The notes beneath the pieces were generated by a model. The model had not been told where the DNA came from. It did not search any database and saw only the letters and a list, made by a program, of their open reading frames with translations. From assembly GCA_951813565.1 (NCBI GenBank), contig OX638351.1:5216001-5280000 (forward strand): a DNA stretch of 64,000 nt, in the 5' to 3' direction. The stretch comes from an uncultured Poribacteria bacterium. Its GTDB lineage: Bacteria; Poribacteria; WGA-4E; WGA-3G. Positions 37,841 through 46,136 of this stretch are shown here, piece after piece. A program made the position numbers and the translations under genes. Numbering within the stretch: the first letter of the stretch is position 1; each line of letters opens with the position of its first letter.

Positions 37841-39230
37841 TTGACATACTCCCCAAGCTAAAGCATGGGGATTCTTCTATCATCAGAGACAACCTGCCGA
37901 AGCGGGTATTACGTCTCCTCCTGAAAAGGTTGACGCCCCAACCTTATGAATGTTTATAGCAGCGTTTATATCGCGGTCATGAGAGATTTTACAATTATGG
38001 CAATACCAATCGCGCAGATTCAAATCAAAGAACTTATGGATTTGTCCGCAGGAATGGCAAACTTTACTTGTGGGTGTCCATCTGTCAATCTGCTTGACAT
38101 GCTTGCATCGTTTTTGTGCTTGCCATTTGATTTTCAGCATGAAATCTGCAAAGGCGTAGTCAGAGACTTTTCGTCCCCAGAGTCGTTTCATGCCGTCAAG
38201 GTTCAAGTCTTCAAAGTAGCAGACATCAAACTTTCGGACAAGTTCAAGTGCGAGTTTCCAGTGATGGTCTTCACGTTGCCGATTGATTTTCCTGTGTACC
38301 CGTGCAAGGTCTTTCCTCGCACGCTCGCGATTGTTGCTGCCTTTTTGCTTCCGAGACAACGCACGGCTCGCACGTTTTATCAGTTTAGCAGCAGATTTAT
38401 AGCATTCAGGAGATTGATATTTCGTGCCATCGGAACAGGTGAGGAAGTGCTTGAGTCCAAAGTCAAACCCTGCTGTCCTACCAGTCTTAGGTGCAGGCTC
38501 AAGTCCCTCAGTGTCTGTTGTGATAGTGATATACCAATCCCCTACAAAGTCTTTCTTAACGGTAACTCGTTTGATGTTGCCTTCAATAGGTCGGCTATAC
38601 CAGAATCGGTACCAGCGTCTATTGATACGGATTTTCGCAACGGGGCAGCCATCTATTTTGTTTATAGTTTCTATCTTAACTTGGCTACCATCAAAAGTCA
38701 TAGATTTATATTTATACCGACTTCTAAATTTAGGCGGACGCTTGGCTCTACCTTCAAAGAAGTTTTGCCAACCTCTGTCAACACGTTGGATACATTCCTG
38801 CAAACACCAAGAATACGGAACAGTCCAGTGTTGATATTTAGCAAGTCGTTTCAGTTTCGTCAGATGTTTAATCATTCTGTAGCAGCTTGGACGCTTATAG
38901 TCTTCGCAATGTCCGTAGATGCGATAGTGACGCTGCCACAACGCAACAAAATGGTTGTGGACATGCGCAATGATACGCAGGTCTTTTTGCAGATGACGAT
39001 TGCGTTTATGTTTTTGTCCCTTGTATTTGTAGGTTCGCATTACATATCCTTCGCATTACAATACCACTTTCAAATGGTGCGGTGGCACTCTCAAGCGAGA
39101 GGTGAAATCCACCGCTGTAATACTGAAGATAGTATAACACAAACGCAAGGAAAAATCAACAAAAAAATGGAGACGTTAGCGGTGTCTACATCCCCGAGCT
39201 AAAGCAACGGGGTTTTGACACCGAAGATTG
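37841..39230 (-). mobile_element. IS200/IS605 family tnpB-only element 3 (isoform of element 2), including the 5' leader at 39041-39124
   Basis: Near-identical to 6191-7580; target TTAT at 39231-39234. Confidence 0.92.
37883..39040 (-). CDS. tnpB: RNA-guided endonuclease TnpB
   Basis: Intact RuvC D/E/D motifs and a zinc finger. Confidence 0.95.
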   Translation of the reverse strand: MRTYKYKGQKHKRNRHLQKDLRIIAHVHNHFVALWQRHYRIYGHCEDYKRPSCYRMIKHLTKLKRLAKYQHWTVPYSWCLQECIQRVDRGWQNFFEGRAKRPPKFRSRYKYKSMTFDGSQVKIETINKIDGCPVAKIRINRRWYRFWYSRPIEGNIKRVTVKKDFVGDWYITITTDTEGLEPAPKTGRTAGFDFGLKHFLTCSDGTKYQSPECYKSAAKLIKRASRALSRKQKGSNNRERARKDLARVHRKINRQREDHHWKLALELVRKFDVCYFEDLNLDGMKRLWGRKVSDYAFADFMLKIKWQAQKRCKHVKQIDRWTPTSKVCHSCGQIHKFFDLNLRDWYCHNCKISHDRDINAAINIHKVGASTFSGGDVIPASAGCL

Positions 39231-39321
39231 ATAATACAATGCAGACAGTGCACTTACAAACCGTGCCTAAAGCCTGCTAATCCTGCAAATCTCGTAATCT
39301 TGTAAATCTTGGTTCAGACAA

Positions 39322-41064
39322 TTAACGCATAATAGCCAACTTTTTTATAATGGTGTATGTTTCACCTTTTGCGACAACAGAAATGTGGCAGATATAAATT
39401 CCGCCCGATACCGCTAACCCATAAGATGTCTGCTGATTCCACCACGTCCGCCATATCCGCTTGTCAAGTCTATCTTCTACACCCTCAATTCTCTTAATTA
39501 GGTTACCGTGGACGTCATATATGTTCACCTTCATCTCAGTAATTTCAAGATTTCCCTCAACACGGAATTCTGTCCGATTGTGAAAACGCACAGGATTTGG
39601 CGATACAATTACATCCTTCCAGACGAATCCCTCTTCTAAAACAACAGATTGCTTGACTGAAGCTGCACCGAGTGGATAACGTGCGACTACCATGAGAGTA
39701 TTTTCCCCTGGAGACAGTGGAATCGCTGCTGTGTAGGTTTGCTTTTCTCTATCTAATTTCGCTTCTACGCCACTCGGATGCACAATTATGTCAATGGGAA
39801 AGTCTGAAGTGAATGTTCCAGTGATTTGCAGCGGATTCTGTTTGACGATATGCTGTAGTTCAAGCGTAATCTGTGGCATCTGCCGCTTCGGCTGGAACAT
39901 ATCTGTGAGGAGACTATCCATCGTGACCAACACTAATTGGGTAATCTTCGTCACTAAACGGAAGTTAATCTTATCAATTGTATCACGGAACGTATGGTAG
40001 AACGTATTAGCATCATAGTTTTGCGAATCCCGCCAAGGTGTTGAACTCTCAATTAATGTGACTGCAGGATAACCTGAATCCCAAAAAGATTTGTGTGATG
40101 AGATGTCAATAAATTCGTCATGCGTTCGCCGTATTTTCAAGCCAATGTCGTACCATGTGTTTGAAATCGTGAGTGCACGGCTTATCCAGGTTGAGTCTCT
40201 ATTAGAAATCACCTCTACTAAATCACTTTTCCAGTTAAAACCAAGCATATCTAAATTAAAAACAGCGGTGATTTTTTTGGAGTCTGGTGTGCGTTTTGGT
40301 TTTAAAGAATCGCTGTCGGAATTTCCATTTGTAACTGCTTCACGAATATAGTTACGACTCCCCAGAAAACCAAGTTCCTCGCCACCTAATGCAATAAATC
40401 TTAATTCGTGGTCATATTCTTGCTGACTCAAGATATTGGCGATTTCCAACATTGCTGCCACACCAGTACCGTTTTTGTTTGCCCCCGGCGCACTTGATGC
40501 CAAAGGATTCCAGCTCGGTTCTCGTATTGCTTGTGTGTCATAGTGTGCACAGATAATAAAGACGTTCTTACTTGATGAAGTCGGTTTACGTGGCAGAACT
40601 GCAATTACGTTTCTGATACCCCCAATATCCTGTTCACTCACTCTCAGTCGTGAAGATCGGCTAAACTGCGCCATAATATAGTTTATTGCATTATCTGTTG
40701 CCTCGCGATGATGCGCGTTGCGTGTACGGTAGACAAGATGGTGAGGAAAAAACGTTACATTGTCTTGTAGCGCAGTAACATGTGAAATAAGCACATCAGA
40801 CTGCACTTTTTTGATGAGTTCATCACTATGCTCAGCATATACCGAATCAAAAAGGAAAAGTATAAATAAAAAAATTAGGCAGATTTGAACTATAGGAAGT
40901 TTATAGAATAGACCCGCAGAGTCATTCAATTCTTTAATAATTTCTTCCTTCTCCCTAAAACCTCTTCTTGTAGGAGCGAACTCCAGCTCGCGACCCTGTC
41001 CAAAATGCTGAGAAAAACACGAAAACTGAATGGCTCTGGATAGACCCGTAAATTGACTTGACAT
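39322..41064 (-). CDS. Secreted M28 family peptidase with C-terminal FlgD-Ig/T9SS-CTD-like domain (true start probably downstream of 41064)
   Basis: ICAHYD, APGANKNGTG, GEELG, NLDM, SSHKSF and YHT; C-terminal SPNP..IYD..G.LIK..GIYI. Confidence 0.75.
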   Translation of the reverse strand: MSSQFTGLSRAIQFSCFSQHFGQGRELEFAPTRRGFREKEEIIKELNDSAGLFYKLPIVQICLIFLFILFLFDSVYAEHSDELIKKVQSDVLISHVTALQDNVTFFPHHLVYRTRNAHHREATDNAINYIMAQFSRSSRLRVSEQDIGGIRNVIAVLPRKPTSSSKNVFIICAHYDTQAIREPSWNPLASSAPGANKNGTGVAAMLEIANILSQQEYDHELRFIALGGEELGFLGSRNYIREAVTNGNSDSDSLKPKRTPDSKKITAVFNLDMLGFNWKSDLVEVISNRDSTWISRALTISNTWYDIGLKIRRTHDEFIDISSHKSFWDSGYPAVTLIESSTPWRDSQNYDANTFYHTFRDTIDKINFRLVTKITQLVLVTMDSLLTDMFQPKRQMPQITLELQHIVKQNPLQITGTFTSDFPIDIIVHPSGVEAKLDREKQTYTAAIPLSPGENTLMVVARYPLGAASVKQSVVLEEGFVWKDVIVSPNPVRFHNRTEFRVEGNLEITEMKVNIYDVHGNLIKRIEGVEDRLDKRIWRTWWNQQTSYGLAVSGGIYICHISVVAKGETYTIIKKLAIMR

Positions 41065-41153
41065 AGGTATTAATTTTTGATATTATGTAAGATAAAGTAA
41101 GCAATTATTTACAATAAATTCATAGACTAATTCAACACGGCAACGTTTTATTT

Positions 41154-41289
41154 TTATAGTGAATTCTACAATTAACTTACATCTGAGCTGTCCGAGGGAA
41201 CTCCGATTCCCCACTATTAGTGGTTTCGTCGCGATTCGGAGATCGCTCCTACAGAATATATGTGAACTTATTTACATAATTTACTATAA
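41154..41289. repeat. MITE-E with a REP pair
   Basis: TTATAGTGAATT...AATTTACTATAA ends. Confidence 0.65.
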
Positions 41290-41391
41290 TACCTGTAAAG
41301 ATTAGCGTAAACAACGCCGCATTTCAGAAGATAACCTCTTGATTTTATCAGTTTCTTAGAGAGATTGCAAATAAAGATTTGGAGGACCATT

Positions 41392-42342
41392 ATGCCAGCC
41401 AACCTACCTCCAACATACTATAAACTCAAACATCAGCATGAAACAGCCAAAACAGATGAGGAACGCCTCAGTCTGTTAGAGGAAATGTTGCGCATTGTTC
41501 CGAAACACAAAGGAACAGAGAAAGTTGTATCTGATCTCCGCAAACGTATTGCTGTCCTGAAAAAAAGTTCGTCTGCAAAAGGAGGTAAGGGGGCGGGTAA
41601 AAAGGGTTATAGCGAACATATACCAAAGCAGGGTGCTGGACAGATTGTAATGTTAGGTCCACCAAATAGCGGTAAATCGCTTCTCCTCTCCAATTTTACG
41701 AAAGCGAAATCTGAAGTATCACCCACTCCCTACACGACTACGATGCCTGTTGTAGGAATGCTCCAATATGAAAACATACAATTTCAACTCATTGATACGC
41801 CTTCTATCATGCAAGATTTTATTTCTCCAGCGGTGTTGACGTTAATCAGAAATGCTGACTTGTGCTTAGGAGTTGTAAGTCTTGCAAGTGATGGTCTGTT
41901 AGATGAATTAGATGTCGTGTTAACGGTGTTTAACGATCAAAGGGGTGATGCTGAGGTTGGATACCTTGTTGTCGCAAATCAATTGGATGCATCGGGCGCA
42001 TCGGATAGGTTAGAGATTCTTACAGAGTTTTACGGGGAAGATTTACATATCTATCCAATCTCTGCTGAGACAGGGGAAGGTAAAGATGCCTTATCGCAAG
42101 CATTTTATGACACCTTGGATATCGTTCGTGTGTATCCGAAAGCACCCGGAAAACCGATAGAACGTGATGACCCGATTGTGCTACCCAACGGTTCAACCGT
42201 ACTTGATGCAGCTCTCGGTTTACACAAAGATTTTGCCGAATTCAAATTTGCACGAATATGGGGACCTGAATGGCACGATGGACAACCTGTCAGTCGAAAT
42301 GATGTGATTTATGATGGAGATGTTGTTGAATTTCATTTATAG
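41392..42342 (+). CDS. DRG/OBG-family GTPase with TGS domain
   Basis: MPANLPP..PKHKGTEK, GPPNSGKS, YTT and a C-terminal TGS domain (FKFARIWG..DGDVVEFH). Confidence 0.85.
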   Translation: MPANLPPTYYKLKHQHETAKTDEERLSLLEEMLRIVPKHKGTEKVVSDLRKRIAVLKKSSSAKGGKGAGKKGYSEHIPKQGAGQIVMLGPPNSGKSLLLSNFTKAKSEVSPTPYTTTMPVVGMLQYENIQFQLIDTPSIMQDFISPAVLTLIRNADLCLGVVSLASDGLLDELDVVLTVFNDQRGDAEVGYLVVANQLDASGASDRLEILTEFYGEDLHIYPISAETGEGKDALSQAFYDTLDIVRVYPKAPGKPIERDDPIVLPNGSTVLDAALGLHKDFAEFKFARIWGPEWHDGQPVSRNDVIYDGDVVEFHL

Positions 42343-42468
42343 TGAAACCCGTAATTATTCTTATATGAATTTCAAACATAGCATGAATGTCCGAGGCGCA
42401 ATGAATTGCGCGACTACAAACGCTGCTAACCTCAAGAAAATGTCCAGGTATTTTTAGATTTTACTATA
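42337..42468. repeat. MITE-E overlapping the GTPase stop codon
   Basis: TTATAGTGAAA...TTTTACTATA with internal GCGCAATGAATTGCGCGACTAC REP. Confidence 0.65.
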
Positions 42469-42536
42469 TAAGAGTTGATATTTGTGATTAGAAGGACGCT
42501 AAGATTTATGTGATCTTTTAAATATGGAGGAAAGTT

Positions 42537-42785
42537 GTGACAATTAAGATCCAAAAATCAGAAAAAAGTGATGGCATCTACTTTTCAAAAGAAATGTTGG
42601 AGGCGGCGCAAATAAACGTCGGGGACGAAGTCCAGGTTACGATTCAGAACGGTAGAATCATTGTTGAAACAGCTACTCAAGCGCGTAGGCGAACTGATTT
42701 GCAGACATTGCTTACCAAAATGCCGAAGGATTACGCACCTGAAGAAATAGATTGGGGCAAACCTGTTGGTAAAGAGGTATGGTAG
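42537..42785 (+). CDS. mazE: AbrB/MazE family antitoxin
   Basis: AbrB-like N-terminus; C-terminal EIDWGKPVGKEVW. Confidence 0.85.
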   Translation: MTIKIQKSEKSDGIYFSKEMLEAAQINVGDEVQVTIQNGRIIVETATQARRRTDLQTLLTKMPKDYAPEEIDWGKPVGKEVW

Positions 42786-43131
42786 ATGCCTAAATATGTT
42801 CCAGAGAAAGGAGATTTTGTTCGCCTATCTTTCGATCCACAGTCAGGATATGAACAAAAAGGTAGACGCCCTGCTTTGGTCGTCAGCAACACCTCATTCA
42901 ACCTCCAAACTCAACTTGCTATGGTGTGTCCTATAACTAACACATTCAGAAATGTACCATTTCATGTAAAAATACCTTTGATTCATCGCTTACAGGATAC
43001 ATCATGATAGAGCAAATTAAATCTGTTGATTATGTAAGTCGTGATGTAGAGTTCATTGAAAATCTCCTACTTGGCTTCTTGATGAAGCCCTAAGTGTATT
43101 GGATGTCTGTATATCAGCAGTCATAATTTAG
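42786..43131 (+). pseudogene. mazF: PemK/MazF toxin with two apparent frameshifts
   Basis: YVPEKGD..FDPQSGYEQKGRRPALVVS..CPIT, then DSSLTGYIMIEQIKSVDY and SPTWLLDEALSVLD in shifted frames. Confidence 0.8.
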
Positions 43132-43144
43132 TAGACGGACTAAG

Positions 43145-43302
43145 ATAACCTAAGTTGCTACGGACAAGATTTCAAGTTCGCAAATACTGCTTTTTACTGA
43201 AAAAACAAGGCTTTTTCGCTGATTCTTATGTTTTTTGTTCTAAATCGGGGTTAGAAACCCCTCCTACAAGAGCATTTGCGAAATAGGTGGCAACTTGGGT
43301 TA
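43145..43302. repeat. MITE-A copy (cassette-free)
   Basis: TIRs and interior match 30406-30598. Confidence 0.85.
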
Positions 43303-43341
43303 AGATAGACATTTTTATCAAGGTATTCAAAGGTTGAGATC

Positions 43342-44934
43342 ATGAAACATAGAAAAACTCAACACCCATATCTAATATATTCACTTCTCATCCACATTGT
43401 CTTGTTGCTCTGTGTGTGGTGGTTTTCTCCGAAAGATACATCCCTACCGCCTTCCGGGCCTGGATTTATCGGCGACATCTTCTTAATGCCTCGACCTGCT
43501 GTTGTAAAACCACCAGAACCGGTTGAAGACATTCCCGCTCCTGAACCCCAGAATCCTGCTAAGGAAGAAGTTGAAAAACCACCAGCACTGCCAAAACCGA
43601 CAGTGGATTTGAACAATGCGTGGCTAACAGTTGAAAATGAAAAAGAGTATATCCTGACTGATCAAAAGCTTAGGCAAGAAAACTCTGATAGTCACAAAAA
43701 ACCAGAAGGCACTGTAACAAATGGCACTTCTGCTGGTCCGCACACTAAGATATCACAGAGGCCAAACTCTCGCACCACAACTAAAAAACTTAATCGTGAT
43801 CTACTTGCTTTGTCAACTACTTTGGAAACAACACATACCAGCATCCAAGCGGATACGAGTTCGATTGTGTTAGGGGCCGATGATTCTTTAGATGCAGCAT
43901 CGCCAGCAGTGAGCACTCCGAAGATTAATTATGGTAGTCGGCGTGGTGATGTTTTCCGAGTAACAGGAATGGGTAATGCATGGGGTGGCGGTGGTTATTC
44001 AGGTGAAGGTAAAATAGATGGAACCTATATTAAAATGATGCGGGATATCGCGCAAGAACTTACAGCAGCAACGGTAAGGAAAAAGGTTGATGTCGTAATT
44101 GTGCTTGATGAGACCGCGAGCATGGTGGACAATATCCGTGGTATTCGCGCATATTTTGAATTCGTTTTTGATGCCTTCAAAAGAGAAGGTCACGATGCTA
44201 CTTTTGGATTGGTAACGTTTACGGATAAAACCAAAACGCACGGACGAACAGATGACTTCGGCACTTTCAAAAACTGGCTTTTCAAGATAGAAGTTGATCA
44301 CGGTGGAGACATCTCGGAAGCAGGATTAGATGCGCTGATGACTGCTGTCCAAAAGATCAAGTTCCGGCGTGATGCACAACGTTTTTTCATTCTCGCAAGT
44401 GATGCTGCATTCCATGACGCTGATTTTGATGGAAAGTCTTCCTATAGTTTGGATGAGGTTATTGCTACGTTGCAAAAGGAACAGATTCGTGTTGAAGTGA
44501 TTGGACTTGATTATCTTCCTATCAAACAGATTGCGATGGCGACAGGTGGGACATGGCGGGCAATTCCTGGTAAAGGTTATCTTGAATATGTGCCGCCGTT
44601 AACATTAACGGTAAAGATGTTATCGAAATTGGGGACACTTAGTGTTGATGGTGGGACTGTCGGCGATAAAATCACTGTGTACGTAAACAATCCACCGCGT
44701 CCAAAGCAGGTGACACTGACGTGGAAAGTGCTCAACCCGCTGGGTGAGAGATGTTATGGCCCATTCATAGAAAAAAGAGAAATTCCAGATGACACTTCAA
44801 ACGAGATAGAATTAACACCTTTGCTTGATAGTACTGCGTTTCAGACTATCCCTGGCATCTACACTGTCATCTACCGCCTTGAAAACGATCAAGGACACAA
44901 AAGTATTTTACGCAGAACTTTAACATATCAATAA
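43342..44934 (+). CDS. Membrane-anchored VWA domain protein with TonB-like Pro-rich linker
   Basis: SLLIH TM, Pro-rich stretch, DVVIVLDETASM (MIDAS-like) and SDAAFH. Confidence 0.75.
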   Translation: MKHRKTQHPYLIYSLLIHIVLLLCVWWFSPKDTSLPPSGPGFIGDIFLMPRPAVVKPPEPVEDIPAPEPQNPAKEEVEKPPALPKPTVDLNNAWLTVENEKEYILTDQKLRQENSDSHKKPEGTVTNGTSAGPHTKISQRPNSRTTTKKLNRDLLALSTTLETTHTSIQADTSSIVLGADDSLDAASPAVSTPKINYGSRRGDVFRVTGMGNAWGGGGYSGEGKIDGTYIKMMRDIAQELTAATVRKKVDVVIVLDETASMVDNIRGIRAYFEFVFDAFKREGHDATFGLVTFTDKTKTHGRTDDFGTFKNWLFKIEVDHGGDISEAGLDALMTAVQKIKFRRDAQRFFILASDAAFHDADFDGKSSYSLDEVIATLQKEQIRVEVIGLDYLPIKQIAMATGGTWRAIPGKGYLEYVPPLTLTVKMLSKLGTLSVDGGTVGDKITVYVNNPPRPKQVTLTWKVLNPLGERCYGPFIEKREIPDDTSNEIELTPLLDSTAFQTIPGIYTVIYRLENDQGHKSILRRTLTYQ

Positions 44935-44939
44935 TCGTA

Positions 44940-46109
44940 ATGAAAGATTTAATTTTTGAACAGTGCCATCACCATTTCAACGACATCGTTGCTATTCGCC
45001 GCGATATTCATCAACACCCTGAAATTCGATTTGATGTAGAACGTACTGCCGGTATCGCCGCTGACGCGCTTGATGCGCTCGGTATGTCAGTTAAAACTGG
45101 CATCGGAAAAACAGGGGTTGTTGGGGATCTTGAAATTTCTGGTGCAACAAAACGGATTGCTTTACGGGCAGATATGGATGCACTTCCAATTCAGGAACAA
45201 ACCGATGTTCCTTATAAATCAAAAATTGATGGCAAGGCACACTTGTGCGGACACGATGCCCATACGGCTATGCTTATTGGCACAGCAAGAATCCTAACGC
45301 ATCTTAAAAGCAGTCTCAAAGCAAATATAAGGTTTATCTTCCAACCGTGCGAAGAAGCTTACCCCGGTGGTGCGCCAGCAATGATAGAAGATGGTGCCCT
45401 TGATGATGTAGACGAAATCTATGGGATACATGTTTTTCCGCTTTATCCAGTGGGACAATATGCGACATGCACAGGTCCCATGCTTGCACAATCAGATACA
45501 TTTGAGGTTACAATCACAGGAAGGGGCGGACACGCTGCTTTTCCACATCTCACTGTTGACCCAATTGTGATAGGCGCACAGTTTGTAAATGCCGCACAAT
45601 CTATTGTTGCAAGAAATATAGACCCCTTAGACTCTGCGGTTGTCAGTATTACACAGTTTCACGGTGGAGATGCCAAGAACGTTATTCCACCTTCTGTGGC
45701 ACTTGGCGGCACGGTTCGCACACTGGACAAGGCAGTCCAGAAGCATGTCAGGACACAGTTGGAAAACCTTCTTGCTGGAATCGCAAGTGTGCACGATGCA
45801 ACTTATGATTTTGTCTATCAGGAGGGTTGCCCTGTCACCTACAATCATGAACCGTGTGTTGATGCGGCTGTCTCCGCTGCACAAGCGTTAGTTGGCGAGC
45901 AGAATGTTATTTATCCCATATCTCCAATACTCGGCGGTGAAGATTTCGCTTGCTATTCGCAAAAGATTCCAGCGTGCTTTGTTATGGTCGGCGCGGGAAA
46001 TGAACAGAAAGGTATCGTTAATATGTGCCACCATCCACAGTTTGACATAGACGAAACCAGTATGATTTACGGTATGGCACTCACAGTAAGTATCGGTCTA
46101 ATGAGATAA
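44940..46109 (+). CDS. M20D family amidohydrolase
   Basis: HQHPE, RADMDALP, HLCGHDAH, FQPCEE, GGEDF and HHPQF. Confidence 0.92.
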   Translation: MKDLIFEQCHHHFNDIVAIRRDIHQHPEIRFDVERTAGIAADALDALGMSVKTGIGKTGVVGDLEISGATKRIALRADMDALPIQEQTDVPYKSKIDGKAHLCGHDAHTAMLIGTARILTHLKSSLKANIRFIFQPCEEAYPGGAPAMIEDGALDDVDEIYGIHVFPLYPVGQYATCTGPMLAQSDTFEVTITGRGGHAAFPHLTVDPIVIGAQFVNAAQSIVARNIDPLDSAVVSITQFHGGDAKNVIPPSVALGGTVRTLDKAVQKHVRTQLENLLAGIASVHDATYDFVYQEGCPVTYNHEPCVDAAVSAAQALVGEQNVIYPISPILGGEDFACYSQKIPACFVMVGAGNEQKGIVNMCHHPQFDIDETSMIYGMALTVSIGLMR

Positions 46110-46136
46110 TAGATAGAAAAGGAAACAGACACTAAA

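Noticed and set aside
1183..39040. TnpBs as Cas12f/CRISPR effectors or nuclease-dead TldR regulators
   Set aside because: No adjacent arrays, transposon ends are intact, and RuvC D/E/D residues are present.
40950..41064. N-terminal extension of the M28 peptidase as real coding sequence
   Set aside because: It translates a GTAG REP (GRELEFAPT) and precedes the signal peptide. Its ATG overlaps a TTGACA-17-TATTAT promoter on the other strand, so the start is likely further downstream.
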